Positions 48,988 through 59,101 are shown, counted from the first letter of the stretch. The stretch is 64,000 bases of DNA from Candidatus Bathyarchaeota archaeon (GCA_963832745.1 CAWHVC010000001.1:704001-768000), one strand, 5' to 3'. The notes: a model not told the origin generated them from the letters alone. Translations and numbers: made by a program.

Positions 48988-49560
48988 TTATTCTTGAGCT
49001 TTCTTAGCTAGTTCCTCAGCCCAGTTATGGATTTCAGTCCAGTCACGTAAGTCAAAAACGTTCGGTTCAACTTCTTTAAAGCCGTGTTTCTTAAGCGCCG
49101 ATTTGTAGCCTAATTCCATGCTTTTTTTGATTAAGAAGTTCATTTTGTTATAGTCAATTATTCCGCCAAATATTCGAGTCGAAATGGGTTTAAGTTGATA
49201 CTTTAAGATTTTGTCATCCAAACCAATTTTCTGAATTCGAGAAACCAGTTCTGTTTTTCCTTCTTTTTCTTCAATGGTCTTAAGCGAGGAAATAAAAAGC
49301 GCCAGTTTTTTGCCTTCAAAGTCTTTATTTGATTTTTTTACAAAGTCTTCGACTTCTTTAGCCCAATTACCCATCGCCATGCCGGTACCTACAACGATTA
49401 ACCCGTATTCGGAAAGGTCTTTAACTTTTTCTTCCTTAGCATTCACTATTTTTACGTCAAAATTGGCTTCTTTTAGAACCTTGGCGATTTCGTCAGAGGT
49501 TCCCTTTGTGGCACCATATCGTGTGCCGTACACTATGAGTGCCTTTAGATTTGTGTTCAC
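48988..49560 (-). CDS. Flavodoxin-domain protein (HemG-like)
   Basis: IVYGTRYGATKG, FGG, DLRDWTEIHNWAEEL. Confidence 0.88.
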   Translation of the reverse strand: MNTNLKALIVYGTRYGATKGTSDEIAKVLKEANFDVKIVNAKEEKVKDLSEYGLIVVGTGMAMGNWAKEVEDFVKKSNKDFEGKKLALFISSLKTIEEKEGKTELVSRIQKIGLDDKILKYQLKPISTRIFGGIIDYNKMNFLIKKSMELGYKSALKKHGFKEVEPNVFDLRDWTEIHNWAEELAKKAQE

Positions 49561-50216
49561 TTTGATTCACCTAATGTTTTCATAAAAAATGCTACATGGC
49601 GTTCAAAAGAATCCGTGTAGAGCTCAACAAAGGAGCATGATGTTCGGCCGTATTGAATTAGGAAGTAGTCAGTGAAGGTTTTCCAGAAAAACGCTAGAAA
49701 TTCTGAGGCAAGAACTTGGGGGTCTTGCGGTTTAACGAAACCCTGTTTTATCATCATACTGAACACTGAAGCCCAGAATGTTTCGCCTGCACTAATGAGG
49801 TTAACGAAAGATTCCATGATTTCGTTGTTATGGTACAATTCTATATAGAATATTCTTAGTATTTTTAGGGTATTGGCGTCTGCCATCCAGCTGAGGAACA
49901 CGTTGCCTGAATCAGCTATGAATCCATCTATACCCAGTTTAGCGATGAGTTGTTCTGTCGTGTCGTCTCTGGCTGCAAGGGCGTATATTTTTGCTAGTGG
50001 GTATTGGATGATTTTTTGGAGTATTTGTTCTTTGCTTGTGTAGTGTTTGTATATTGAGCTTTCTTTGATTCCTACTGTTGAGGCGATGTCTCTTATTGTT
50101 ACGTTTACGTACCCTCTTTGGGCAAATAGGTCAATGGCGGCATCGAAGATTTTTTCTGCTGTTCCTTTTTGGCCGGGGATTTTTGTTGGTCTTCCGGTTT
50201 TTTTGTTTTGTGCCAT
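49557..50216 (-). CDS. TetR/AcrR family regulator
   Basis: KIFDAAIDLFAQRGY..VTIRDIASTVGIKESSIYKHYTSKEQI. Confidence 0.95.
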   Translation of the reverse strand: MAQNKKTGRPTKIPGQKGTAEKIFDAAIDLFAQRGYVNVTIRDIASTVGIKESSIYKHYTSKEQILQKIIQYPLAKIYALAARDDTTEQLIAKLGIDGFIADSGNVFLSWMADANTLKILRIFYIELYHNNEIMESFVNLISAGETFWASVFSMMIKQGFVKPQDPQVLASEFLAFFWKTFTDYFLIQYGRTSCSFVELYTDSFERHVAFFMKTLGESK

Positions 50217-50227
50217 TCCGCATCACT

Positions 50228-50296
50228 TAAGCTAACACGTGTTAGCTTATTTGGTTTATGAGAAAGACAAATATAAAGCTAACGGCCGTTAGCTTT
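50228..50296. promoter_or_regulatory. Two perfect 22-bp palindromes (putative TetR operators) flanking the tetR TATA box
   Basis: TAAGCTAACACGTGTTAGCTTA (50228-50249) and AAAGCTAACGGCCGTTAGCTTT (50275-50296); minus-strand TTTATAT at 50271-50277. Confidence 0.85.
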
Positions 50297-50352
50297 TTAC
50301 AACAACTGCAGTTAAATTCCCGAAACACCTTACCATTAATTGGCGAATCCAA

Positions 50353-50721
50353 ATGAAATACGTCACCCTTTACATAGACAACCAAAACATATCCCACTTC
50401 AAAGACCAAAACATCGAATTCAAACCCAACAATTTCGCACCACCAGCCCCACCCGTAAACCTCTCAAACTACACCGCCACCTCACAAATGGTCTTCTTCC
50501 AAATACCCCAAGGATGGTTCGGCGACTGGCACCCAGCACCCAAAAAACAGTTTTTCTGCTGCCTCCAAGGCGCAATTGAAATAGTTGCAGGCGACGGAGA
50601 AAAGCGCACCTTCAACTCAGGAGACGTTTTTCTTCTTGAAGACACCGCAGGCAGGGGGCACACAACAAGAGTCGTTGGAAATAAAGATTTTATAGCCGCC
50701 ATTATCCAAACAATCACTTAA
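50353..50721 (+). CDS. Cupin domain protein
   Basis: DWHPAPKKQFF...GDVFLLEDTAGRGHTT. Confidence 0.88.
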   Translation: MKYVTLYIDNQNISHFKDQNIEFKPNNFAPPAPPVNLSNYTATSQMVFFQIPQGWFGDWHPAPKKQFFCCLQGAIEIVAGDGEKRTFNSGDVFLLEDTAGRGHTTRVVGNKDFIAAIIQTIT

Positions 50722-50879
50722 CTTGGGCAAGCAACAGAGCTTCATTTTGGTCAATAAAGCTCTTTTTAAACATAAAGTTGTCTAATGAAAAACTGCTAAA
50801 AACCGATTCAACCACGTTACAACACAAGTTAAACTAAGGTTTATATGGGCATTAAGTCAAAGAGCCATAAGGTGACCTG

Positions 50880-52166
50880 ATGCTACAAAATACGTGTGAA
50901 ACGTTGGAAAAAACTGGCAACAACTTCGTTTGCCCCGACTACAAAAAAAACTGCATCTCAAACATACCCCAACTGGTTTCACATGCATTAAAAGTTAATA
51001 AAAAAACAGGCAAAGCACCTTTTGAGGAAAAAATAGAAAAAACAGATTACGAAGAAGCAAACAATGTTGTGCTCGTAGTCATTGATGGTTTTGGGTTTAA
51101 CCAATTCCTTAAACATTACAAGAAAGACAAGTTTCTATCAAGACTTACCGACCAAGGCGACACTTTTCCACTAACAAGTACCTTCCCCTCCCAAACAACA
51201 AACGCCCTTACAACCTTAAACACGGGTTTAACACCGCAAGAACATGGGCTTTTTGAATATTTTATTTACCTCAAAAACGTTGGAGTAGTTAACACATTAA
51301 GTTTCGAACGCACCGGCAGTCCAGCGGAAGAAGCATGCAACCCAAACATACTGCTATCCAAAGAAAAAACAATTCACACCAAGCTTAAGGAAGAGGGAAT
51401 TAACAGTTTTACACACATAAGCGCGTATAACGCTTTTAATGCATGCTCAAAACTGCTTTTTCAAGGAAGCACTATCATGCCGGGCTTAAAGCTGTCTGAC
51501 ACCATCGTTGGTCTTAGAAAGAACATTGAGAAAAACCGTGACAAAAAATCATACTATTTTGTTCACTTGGATAGTTTAGACACAATCGCCCATGAATATG
51601 GCCCAGACAGTTACGAAACGCACGTAGAATTATCGTTAATAACGCATTTACTTAACAAAGAGTTAGTGCAAAAAATTGATAAAAAAACAGCCAAAGAAAC
51701 CCTGCTACTTATAACTGCTGACCATGGCGGGTTAAGCGTAAACCCAAAACAAACAACATACCTTAACTTCTCAAACTACACAGTACCCAACCTGCAAACA
51801 CAAAAAAACCGGGCACCGATCTCGCCAACAGGCAGCCTAAGAGAAGTCTTTCTACACATTAAAGAAGAAAAAATACAAGAAACAAAAGAGTTGTTGGAGA
51901 AAAAAATTGGCGGGAAAGCCCAAATTCTTGAAACTAAGGAAGCCGCCAAAAACGGGTTCTTTGGACTTGGCGCTACAAGCAAAGAATTCTTTGAAAGAAC
52001 AGGAAACCTAATGATTCTGCCTTTGGCAAATGAAACCGTTTGGTTTGAAAATTCTGAGAAAAGAAGAGTAAACTTTTTGGGTCAACATGGCGGGTTAAGT
52101 GAGCAGGAAATGCTTGTGCCCTTTGCTGTAGCCAATTTGGGTGCCTTAAAAAGAAGCTACGCCTAA
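50880..52166 (+). CDS. Alkaline phosphatase superfamily / type I phosphodiesterase-nucleotide pyrophosphatase
   Basis: VIDGFG, STFPSQT, LDTIAHEYGP, ITADHG, GQHGGLS. Confidence 0.9.
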   Translation: MLQNTCETLEKTGNNFVCPDYKKNCISNIPQLVSHALKVNKKTGKAPFEEKIEKTDYEEANNVVLVVIDGFGFNQFLKHYKKDKFLSRLTDQGDTFPLTSTFPSQTTNALTTLNTGLTPQEHGLFEYFIYLKNVGVVNTLSFERTGSPAEEACNPNILLSKEKTIHTKLKEEGINSFTHISAYNAFNACSKLLFQGSTIMPGLKLSDTIVGLRKNIEKNRDKKSYYFVHLDSLDTIAHEYGPDSYETHVELSLITHLLNKELVQKIDKKTAKETLLLITADHGGLSVNPKQTTYLNFSNYTVPNLQTQKNRAPISPTGSLREVFLHIKEEKIQETKELLEKKIGGKAQILETKEAAKNGFFGLGATSKEFFERTGNLMILPLANETVWFENSEKRRVNFLGQHGGLSEQEMLVPFAVANLGALKRSYA

Positions 52167-52208
52167 GTCAAGAAACGGGAAGAGAATAAAAATAATTTTT
52201 CTGTTTTG

Positions 52209-52556
52209 TTAAAGTTGGATTTTGTTTAGTTCTACGATTAATGCGCCGTATGATTCTAGCAAGTGGCTTTTCTCGTGTTCTGCGTGTCCTTCAAGTTTCA
52301 TGACTTCGCTTAATGCTGTCATGGCTTCTGTTTTTAGTTTTGATATTTTTTCTGCTGTTTCCGAGTTTATGGGGGCGGTTAACGGTTCAATTGAGGAGTG
52401 TATGGCTTTGAGTTTTTCTATGCAGTTTCGGATTTTTTGTACGAAGAGTTCTTCTTCTTTTAAGTAGTCTTCAAGTCGCACTTCGAGTTTGCGTACTTCA
52501 CGGTAATATTCTTGGGGTTCTGGTTTGGAGGCGTTTTCCATTTGTGTTTTCACCAT
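52209..52556 (-). CDS. Coiled-coil hypothetical protein
   Basis: Charged helical 115-aa ORF. Confidence 0.7.
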   Translation of the reverse strand: MVKTQMENASKPEPQEYYREVRKLEVRLEDYLKEEELFVQKIRNCIEKLKAIHSSIEPLTAPINSETAEKISKLKTEAMTALSEVMKLEGHAEHEKSHLLESYGALIVELNKIQL

Positions 52557-52795
52557 TTGTTACTGCGTTTTGGGGCTTATAATTTTTAAATTCTTTTTGG
52601 ACGCAGTAATGTTACATTTTTCTATTTTTGTAGCACTATTTTAGGGTTATTGCCAACGAGAGGTTGTTGAACATGGAATTTAAGCAAAAAGCAAAACAGT
52701 TTGCCGTGAGTGTAGGATGATGTTAAAACCCGGCTTAATTATCAAAAAATTTAATATTAACTATTCATTTTTTTGATAAGCAAGCTGTGGGAAAC

Positions 52796-53203
52796 ATGAC
52801 TGCAAAAAAGTTAGAACTAACTTTAATCACTGGTCGAACAATAGACCAAGGCGCAGGAAAAGAAAAAGGAAAAGGCTCCCAAGAATATTTTGATTCAGCC
52901 GCAATATGCATGCTTGACAGAGTAGACATGAATAAACTTGGAATCAGAGGCGGCAACGTACAAGTTACATCCCACTACGGTTCAGTAATAGTAAAAGCAA
53001 AAGAATACCCACGAGGTTCACACCCAGGAATAGTTTTCATACCCTGCGGACTATGGGCAAACGCAGTCTGCGGCGACAACACCTACAGCATGGGAATGCC
53101 AATGTTCAAAGGTTTCCCAGTAGAAGTGGAATCCGCACAAGACAAACCCATCCTCACACTTGATGAGCTTCTAAAAGAAGAATACGGAAAGGAAATACCA
53201 TGA
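52796..53203 (+). CDS. fwdD: Formylmethanofuran dehydrogenase subunit D
   Basis: LITGRTIDQG...FIPCGLWAN...GMPMFKGFPVEVE. Confidence 0.92.
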   Translation: MTAKKLELTLITGRTIDQGAGKEKGKGSQEYFDSAAICMLDRVDMNKLGIRGGNVQVTSHYGSVIVKAKEYPRGSHPGIVFIPCGLWANAVCGDNTYSMGMPMFKGFPVEVESAQDKPILTLDELLKEEYGKEIP

Positions 53204-54753
53204 CAATTATAAAATCAGTTGTTTGCCCAATCTGTGGCTGCTTATGCGATGACCTTGAAGTAACCGTTGAAAACAACGAAATCGTAAAAATGAAAAACGG
53301 ATGTGCCGTATGCGAAGCTAAAATGGTCTATGGCTACAAAGAAGAAAGAATTCTAAAACCCATGATTCGTAAGGACGGCGTGCTTGTGCCTGTAAGCATG
53401 GATGAAGCAGTAAAAAAAGCAGCTCAAATCCTAACAGACTCAAAGTACCCACTGCTCTTTGGGTGGGAATGCTGCACCAGCGAAGTGCAAAGCATTGGTG
53501 TTGAGATGGCTGAAGAATTAGGCGCCGCTTTAGACAATGTTTGCAGCATTTGCCATGGCCCTTCAATGATGGCAACTCAAGAAGCAGGCATTCCAGGTTG
53601 CACTCTGGGGCAGGTTAGGCACCGTGCTGACTTGATTATTTATTGGGGAAGCAACCCTTGGGCTTCACATCCACGGCATGTTGAAAGATATACAGCTTTC
53701 CCAGAAGGGCGCTTTGAGAAAAGTGAATGGAAAAGCTACCTGCAGAAACTTAAGGCAAACACAAGCAAGAAGAAGCTTGACGCCTTAACCCGCCGAAAAG
53801 ACATAAAGTATCAGCCACCCCCACGTCCGCAAGCATGCGTCGTTGATGCTCCACCACAGTCAATTCAGAAAATGGGGCGAAAACTGATTGTTTTTGACCC
53901 AATTAAAACTATGACTGCTGAAGTAGCTGACTATTTTGTTCAGGTTAAGCCAAACACGGATTACGAAATAATGCAGGCGTTAAGGTGTCTGGTTAATGAT
54001 CAAGAACTGGACGTTGAAAAGGTTGGTGGAGTTCCAGTTGAATACTTGAAGGAAGTCGCCGATGCAATGGTGAACTGCGAGTTCGGCGCCATCTTTTTTG
54101 GTTTAGGTTTAACTGCGAGTGCAGGCCGCTTCCGCAACGTTGAAGTCGCAATCAAATTAACAAGAGACTTAAACAAGAAAACCAAATTCGTTGTAGCACC
54201 TATGAGAGGGCATTTTAATATTACAGGCGCAAACGTTGCTTTTGCTTGGGCAACAGGTTACCCGTTTGCAATCGACTTCTCGCAAGGTTATCCACAGTAT
54301 AACCCGGGGGAATTCACAGCAATTGACCTGTCTAAAAAATAATCATGTAGACGCAACATTAGTCATTGGGTCGGACCCCGGTGCACACTTCCCCAAGCCA
54401 TCAATGCAACAAATGATGAAACATCCATTAATCGTGATAAACCCAGACATGAACTGCACCTCAAAAGTCGGCGACGTACTGTTTCCCACACAATGGTGCG
54501 GAATAGAAAGTGAGGGCACAGCTTACCGAATGGATGGCGTACCAATTAGGGTTAAGAAAGTTGTAGAAGCACCACTGGGCGTTCCTGATGATGAGGAAAT
54601 TCTCAAAAGCGCATACTGGCTGAAATAAGAGCAATCAAAGCTAAAAAAGCAGAAAACACTGACAAAACAGTAACAGAAAAAGAGGCAAAGCTGACAAAGA
54701 CGGCGCAAATAGCAGAAAAGAAAAAGCGCGTTAAACAGAAGGCAAGCGCTTAA
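53200..54753 (+). CDS. fwdB: Formylmethanofuran dehydrogenase subunit B, with frameshifts near 54330 and 54605
   Basis: CPICGCLCDD, SICHGPS, CTLGQVRHRAD, PMRGHFN; next frame GSDPGAHFP, GTAYRMDGVP; then RILAEIRAIK...SA* at 54753. Confidence 0.92.
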
Positions 54754-54782
54754 CAATTTTTCTTGTTTTTATAGGCGATTTA

Positions 54783-55049
54783 ATGCCAACTGTGGAGGAT
54801 TTTGTTTTAAATGTTGGGGGCATTTGTGGTGGAGAGGTAAATAGTGTTGCTGTTCTTAGACCTGAGAAGATTGATCAAGCCATAGCAAGGATTCTGAGTC
54901 GAGGCATTGTTAAGAAGAGGGCGGCTGGTTACATGTGGGAAATTAGGTTTCTTAATGTTACTTTCAGGGTTTTTAAGAGTGGCAGGCTTGTTTTTCGTGG
55001 CATTGGTAAAGATGAGTTGGATAGGCTTTTGATAGCGCTTTTTATGTGA
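54783..55049 (+). CDS. Hypothetical protein
   Basis: 88-aa ORF, VTFRVFKSGRLVFRGI; GGCGA site upstream. Confidence 0.65.
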   Translation: MPTVEDFVLNVGGICGGEVNSVAVLRPEKIDQAIARILSRGIVKKRAAGYMWEIRFLNVTFRVFKSGRLVFRGIGKDELDRLLIALFM

Positions 55050-55126
55050 TTTTCTGAAAAAAGGCAAGTTACTAAAAAAATTAAGTGCATTCTTGATACT
55101 ATAGATAGTTTGTTTCAATCACTAAA

Positions 55127-55372
55127 TCAGAAAATTGAGTATTCAAAACCGTTCAGAGTTAAGTCCATTAAAGTATATACTCTGCCGCTTCTTTCCACAT
55201 TTATCAACCATTCAAAGATGCCCATCAATAAGACAGGCTTTACAACATAAAGTTTCCCATTGACTTCCTTCTCCAGGCAACCAAAGAATCCATTTTTTAA
55301 TGCACCAATTACAAGGATTGGCAAACTCGGGCCATTTGGGTCGCCAGTTACAATTTCTTTTTTGATCTCCAT
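55127..55372 (-). CDS. Hypothetical protein
   Basis: 81-aa ORF only, no recognisable motif. Confidence 0.45.
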   Translation of the reverse strand: MEIKKEIVTGDPNGPSLPILVIGALKNGFFGCLEKEVNGKLYVVKPVLLMGIFEWLINVERSGRVYTLMDLTLNGFEYSIF

Positions 55373-56087
55373 AATTGTAAAGCATAACGTTACCTTCGTT
55401 ACCTAAGTCGTTCAAAATATGTTTCTAAGTTCTTCGTCAGGAATTATCCTTCAGTGAAGAAACCGGACTTCGTAATTTTCGGTGTCATTTACTGCGAGAA
55501 GCATATTAATGGTTAGGAAAAGCTTGCAATGTTATTTGGTAGCCAAGCCTTTTCGATAGTCGATTAACGAAGGCGGCAACCGCCTCTTGCCAGGAACTGT
55601 CGACTGTCAGAACAGCATGAGACGCATATTCAATGGATCATCAAATATATTTCCACCAAATATTGCGCCACCAGCGACATCATATATTGTGCCCTATCAT
55701 GAATTATTTATGCCGTTCCAAAACTGTAAGTCATATTGCATATGGATTCAGAACATCAGCAAATATTCTATCAATATCACTTCTGCGTCGGGAATATTAT
55801 GATTATTGTTGAGGTATTTTGTACACTAAGGACAATTACTCCATTAACGCTGGCAGAGCGTAGGTCCACAGCGAACGATAGATAACCCAAGGATTCAAAA
55901 TATGGACATAAATTTTCTTGCCAACACCAATCTGCGAACCAGACCATTGAAGGAAGAGTTCACTGCGGAGTGTTACTGCGAAAGGGCCTGAACAGTATTT
56001 AGCAAGAGTCATGGGTAAAACAATTGCCATGCCAATAATTAGGGATAAGGTACACCCAGTTATCAATCAATTTATTAAACATGTTTA

Positions 56088-56933
56088 TCACCGAGTTGTT
56101 AAAATGAATTCCGCTAATAACCTATAGAACACATATAAAAAAGAGACGTAAACATGAGTAACTTTTTTCAGGTTAAACATGAAATTAAGGATAAAATGGA
56201 TAATAAAACTAGAGATGTACAACATTTTAGCGTCCAGTGCTTCGCCCAGTAAACCTTTTTCCTGCACAGACGAACTAAAGGGCACAACGCCAATGACTTG
56301 TTCTTTACCGATTTGAGCGATTATTTTCTCTGCAACTGCGGGGTCTGCTTTGTTTATTATGAAGTATAGGGGTTTTTTGCTTTCTTGGGTCATGTCAGCA
56401 ATTTTTTTGGATAACCTAATGGATTCATATGAGGGGTCAATGACTCCAAGGATAAGATCTACTCCGCCGGCTACACCACGACCTAAATGTTCCACCCCAG
56501 CTTCAGTATCAATAATAGCAACATCTTTTTGAGCCAAAGTCAAATGATTCAGAAAATCTTTTGAGAGCACACCCATTGGGCAGGCGCAGCCTTCATCAAA
56601 ATGTTTAACCTTGCCAATTTGCAGCAGGTACAGGTTGCCTTTTTTGGAGATACTTTCTACGGGTATGTTTTCGATACGCCAAGACGCATCAAACACGGGT
56701 GCTTTGTGACCATCAACAACGCGGCCCATCTTGTTTTTGACTGCTTTTTTGCCGCCGATTTGCTCCATAAGCTCCACTGGTTCAGCAAGACCAAGTTGTG
56801 CGCTTAAGCCATAATTTGATTCGTCAGCATCCACCACCAACACACGGTAACCCTTAGCTTCCAAGTTTTTTGCTAAAAGCGAAGTGACGGTGCTTTTCCC
56901 GCTACCGCCTTTTCCGCAGATGAGGATTTTCAT
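56088..56933 (-). CDS. cooC: CooC/AcsF-family nickel-insertion ATPase with an aberrant C-terminus
   Basis: CGKGGSGKS, VDADESN, EGCACPMG, DTEAGVEHLGRG. Confidence 0.9.
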   Translation of the reverse strand: MKILICGKGGSGKSTVTSLLAKNLEAKGYRVLVVDADESNYGLSAQLGLAEPVELMEQIGGKKAVKNKMGRVVDGHKAPVFDASWRIENIPVESISKKGNLYLLQIGKVKHFDEGCACPMGVLSKDFLNHLTLAQKDVAIIDTEAGVEHLGRGVAGGVDLILGVIDPSYESIRLSKKIADMTQESKKPLYFIINKADPAVAEKIIAQIGKEQVIGVVPFSSSVQEKGLLGEALDAKMLYISSFIIHFILNFMFNLKKVTHVYVSFLYVFYRLLAEFILTTR

Positions 56934-57733
56934 TTTTGCTTGCTCCGTTTGATTGTTATAAATTTGACGGCTGATTTTAAGGCTGGTGTACCGCCACCTT
57001 CGGAGACGACTTGCATCATTTTGGCTGCATCCACTACTTTGACGCCGCCGACGATAGTTACGCCATGGTCAAAAAGCACTTCAGGCAATATGCCAGCGGT
57101 TGCACCGATGATTACGACTTCTCGCGCGTTTTTGGTGAGTTCAAGCAGATGGTCTATTGTTCCATTCACTAAAGCGGTTCCAGTGATTAAGACTACATCG
57201 GCATTGGGCAGTATTTGGTCGCAAGCAGTGTCTGGAAGGATACCTTCTTCGCGCCTGCTGGGGGTGCGTTCAAGAATGTAAAGTTTTTTAGAGTTTGCTC
57301 TTATACGTGGAACTAACGGTCCAATGTAACCAACTAAAGCCACAACGTCGTTTCTGGTTAGCGTCAAGTATTCAATTACGTCGCCGGTTAAAACTTCATA
57401 GTTTTGAGGGTTTTGGTCCATAACGATTTGCGAAAGCGCGTTTAAGACTGCGAAACCGATTATGCCTTCTCTGAGGTCCCATGATTTTGCTTTTTCCGCC
57501 AGCTTGATGGCTTGTGACCCAGCGAGGGTTCCAGCATAGTTTGAGACCTGACAGTGACTGCTGCATTGTGCTATTTCAGTTTGGAAAGTATAGCATAATC
57601 CAGAGTGCCCATCACTAAGACGTACGCCAGTGTAGCCAAGACCTAAAACAATCTGCTCAACAACTATGCGGTCAATATCTGGAATGAGAGTCTTTACTTT
57701 TTCTAATGCTTCTTCAACTATTCGGCCAGTCAT
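56930..57733 (-). CDS. DUF364 (Rossmann-like, putative heavy-metal chelation) protein
   Basis: AVLNAL, VALVGYIGP, ADVVLITGTALVNGTIDHLL. Confidence 0.88.
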   Translation of the reverse strand: MTGRIVEEALEKVKTLIPDIDRIVVEQIVLGLGYTGVRLSDGHSGLCYTFQTEIAQCSSHCQVSNYAGTLAGSQAIKLAEKAKSWDLREGIIGFAVLNALSQIVMDQNPQNYEVLTGDVIEYLTLTRNDVVALVGYIGPLVPRIRANSKKLYILERTPSRREEGILPDTACDQILPNADVVLITGTALVNGTIDHLLELTKNAREVVIIGATAGILPEVLFDHGVTIVGGVKVVDAAKMMQVVSEGGGTPALKSAVKFITIKRSKQK

Positions 57734-58299
57734 AACAAGGTTCCTTCTTTGATTGTTTCGGTATAATATTTGCCGTTGGCGCAGGCGCGGCACAAAATCT
57801 TTTGGTTTATTATTACTTCACGGCCATCCATTATTCTTTCGCCGCAAACAGCACAGTTTTCCCGTTTCTTAGGCAAACCAGGCAAATCCACTTCTGCAAT
57901 AGTCATTTTTACTTCCTGAAGGTTAACCACTTCATGTTCAGGTGAAGCAGCCATCTTTGCAACCACCTCTTCTGGAGAGCCTTTGATTTCGCAGCTTTCA
58001 AGAATAGTTGCACGTACAGCTTTACCTGTTGTCAGATTTACAAAGGTGGCAGCGAATTTTCCGTAATCAACATGTTTTAGTGTTCGGTGCCCCAGTGTGC
58101 AGCCACTGATAACCTGTATCGCATCGGTCATGCAACGGTCAATTTCAGCATACACAATAAGGTTCTTGTTTCTGACAGCGGGGTCTAAACCGAGGTGCCG
58201 CATTGCTGCTAAGGTCATTTTGGTTCCCATAGCGATGCCGAAACAGACATGCCCATGGTATTCTCCAACTTTTTTTACATAGGTTTCAAATTTGGTCAT
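57730..58299 (-). CDS. fmdE: FmdE/FwdE family protein with C-terminal zinc finger
   Basis: YHGHVCFG, DRCMTDAIQVISGCTLG, DYGK, CAVCGE...CRAC. Confidence 0.92.
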   Translation of the reverse strand: MTKFETYVKKVGEYHGHVCFGIAMGTKMTLAAMRHLGLDPAVRNKNLIVYAEIDRCMTDAIQVISGCTLGHRTLKHVDYGKFAATFVNLTTGKAVRATILESCEIKGSPEEVVAKMAASPEHEVVNLQEVKMTIAEVDLPGLPKKRENCAVCGERIMDGREVIINQKILCRACANGKYYTETIKEGTLL

Positions 58300-59101
58300 T
58301 TATTTTTGTCTCCGGGTTACTTTCTCCAACAGGTACGCAAATCTTCCGGTTAACGCCTACATTAACGTCAACTATTTTGACTTTAATTTTGTAGACTTTC
58401 TCCAAATTAGATTCAGTCACAATATCACTAGGGGGCCCAACACCAATCAATTCACCACGCTTCATCAGAGCCACCTTGTTTGACACTAAAAAGGCGTGGT
58501 CAGGAAAATGTGAAGTCATAATTATCGGCAAACCGTTACTGGCTAACTTTTGCAATATTCCTAACAGTTTTATTTGGTTTCCAAAATCTAAATGCGAAGT
58601 CGGCTCATCAAGTAAAAGCAGGGAAGGCTGTTGCGCCAGAATTCTGGCGATAAGCACCAGTTGTCTTTCGCCGCCGCTAAGCGCGGTATAACTAGCATTA
58701 ATTAGGTGAGATATACCCATGTCTTCCATTGCCTGCTTAGCGATTAAGACGTCTTCTTTTTTTGGAGAATTCAAAAAGCCAATGTGTGGAGCCCTGCCAA
58801 CCAGCACTGCATCCAGCACTGAAAAAGCAAAACTGGGCTGATGAAACTGTGGTACATAACCCACGGATTTTGCTATTTCAACCCGTGACAAATCAGACAA
58901 GTTTCTGCCGTTTATCGTGATTTTGCCGTCGTGCAGTTTCATTAAGCCATCAATGCATTTTAGAAGCGTTGTTTTTCCACAACCATTTGGCCCAAGTATG
59001 GACATTACGCCCGGCTTGTCTAAATCAAAGCTGACGTCTCTAAAGCCGTTTTTTTTCTCTAAATCGTAATGATACTCGGCTTGTTTAATACAAAGTTTCA
59101 T
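58286..59101 (-). CDS. Metal-chelate ABC transporter ATPase
   Basis: GPNGCGKT, LSGGERQ, LLDEPTSHLD. Confidence 0.93.
   Translation of the reverse strand: MKLCIKQAEYHYDLEKKNGFRDVSFDLDKPGVMSILGPNGCGKTTLLKCIDGLMKLHDGKITINGRNLSDLSRVEIAKSVGYVPQFHQPSFAFSVLDAVLVGRAPHIGFLNSPKKEDVLIAKQAMEDMGISHLINASYTALSGGERQLVLIARILAQQPSLLLLDEPTSHLDFGNQIKLLGILQKLASNGLPIIMTSHFPDHAFLVSNKVALMKRGELIGVGPPSDIVTESNLEKVYKIKVKIVDVNVGVNRKICVPVGESNPETKINDQI

Noticed and set aside
53200-54342. Selenocysteine or stop-codon recoding in FwdB
   Set aside because: The catalytic position is TGC (Cys), and the break is a frameshift ending at TAA rather than an in-frame TGA
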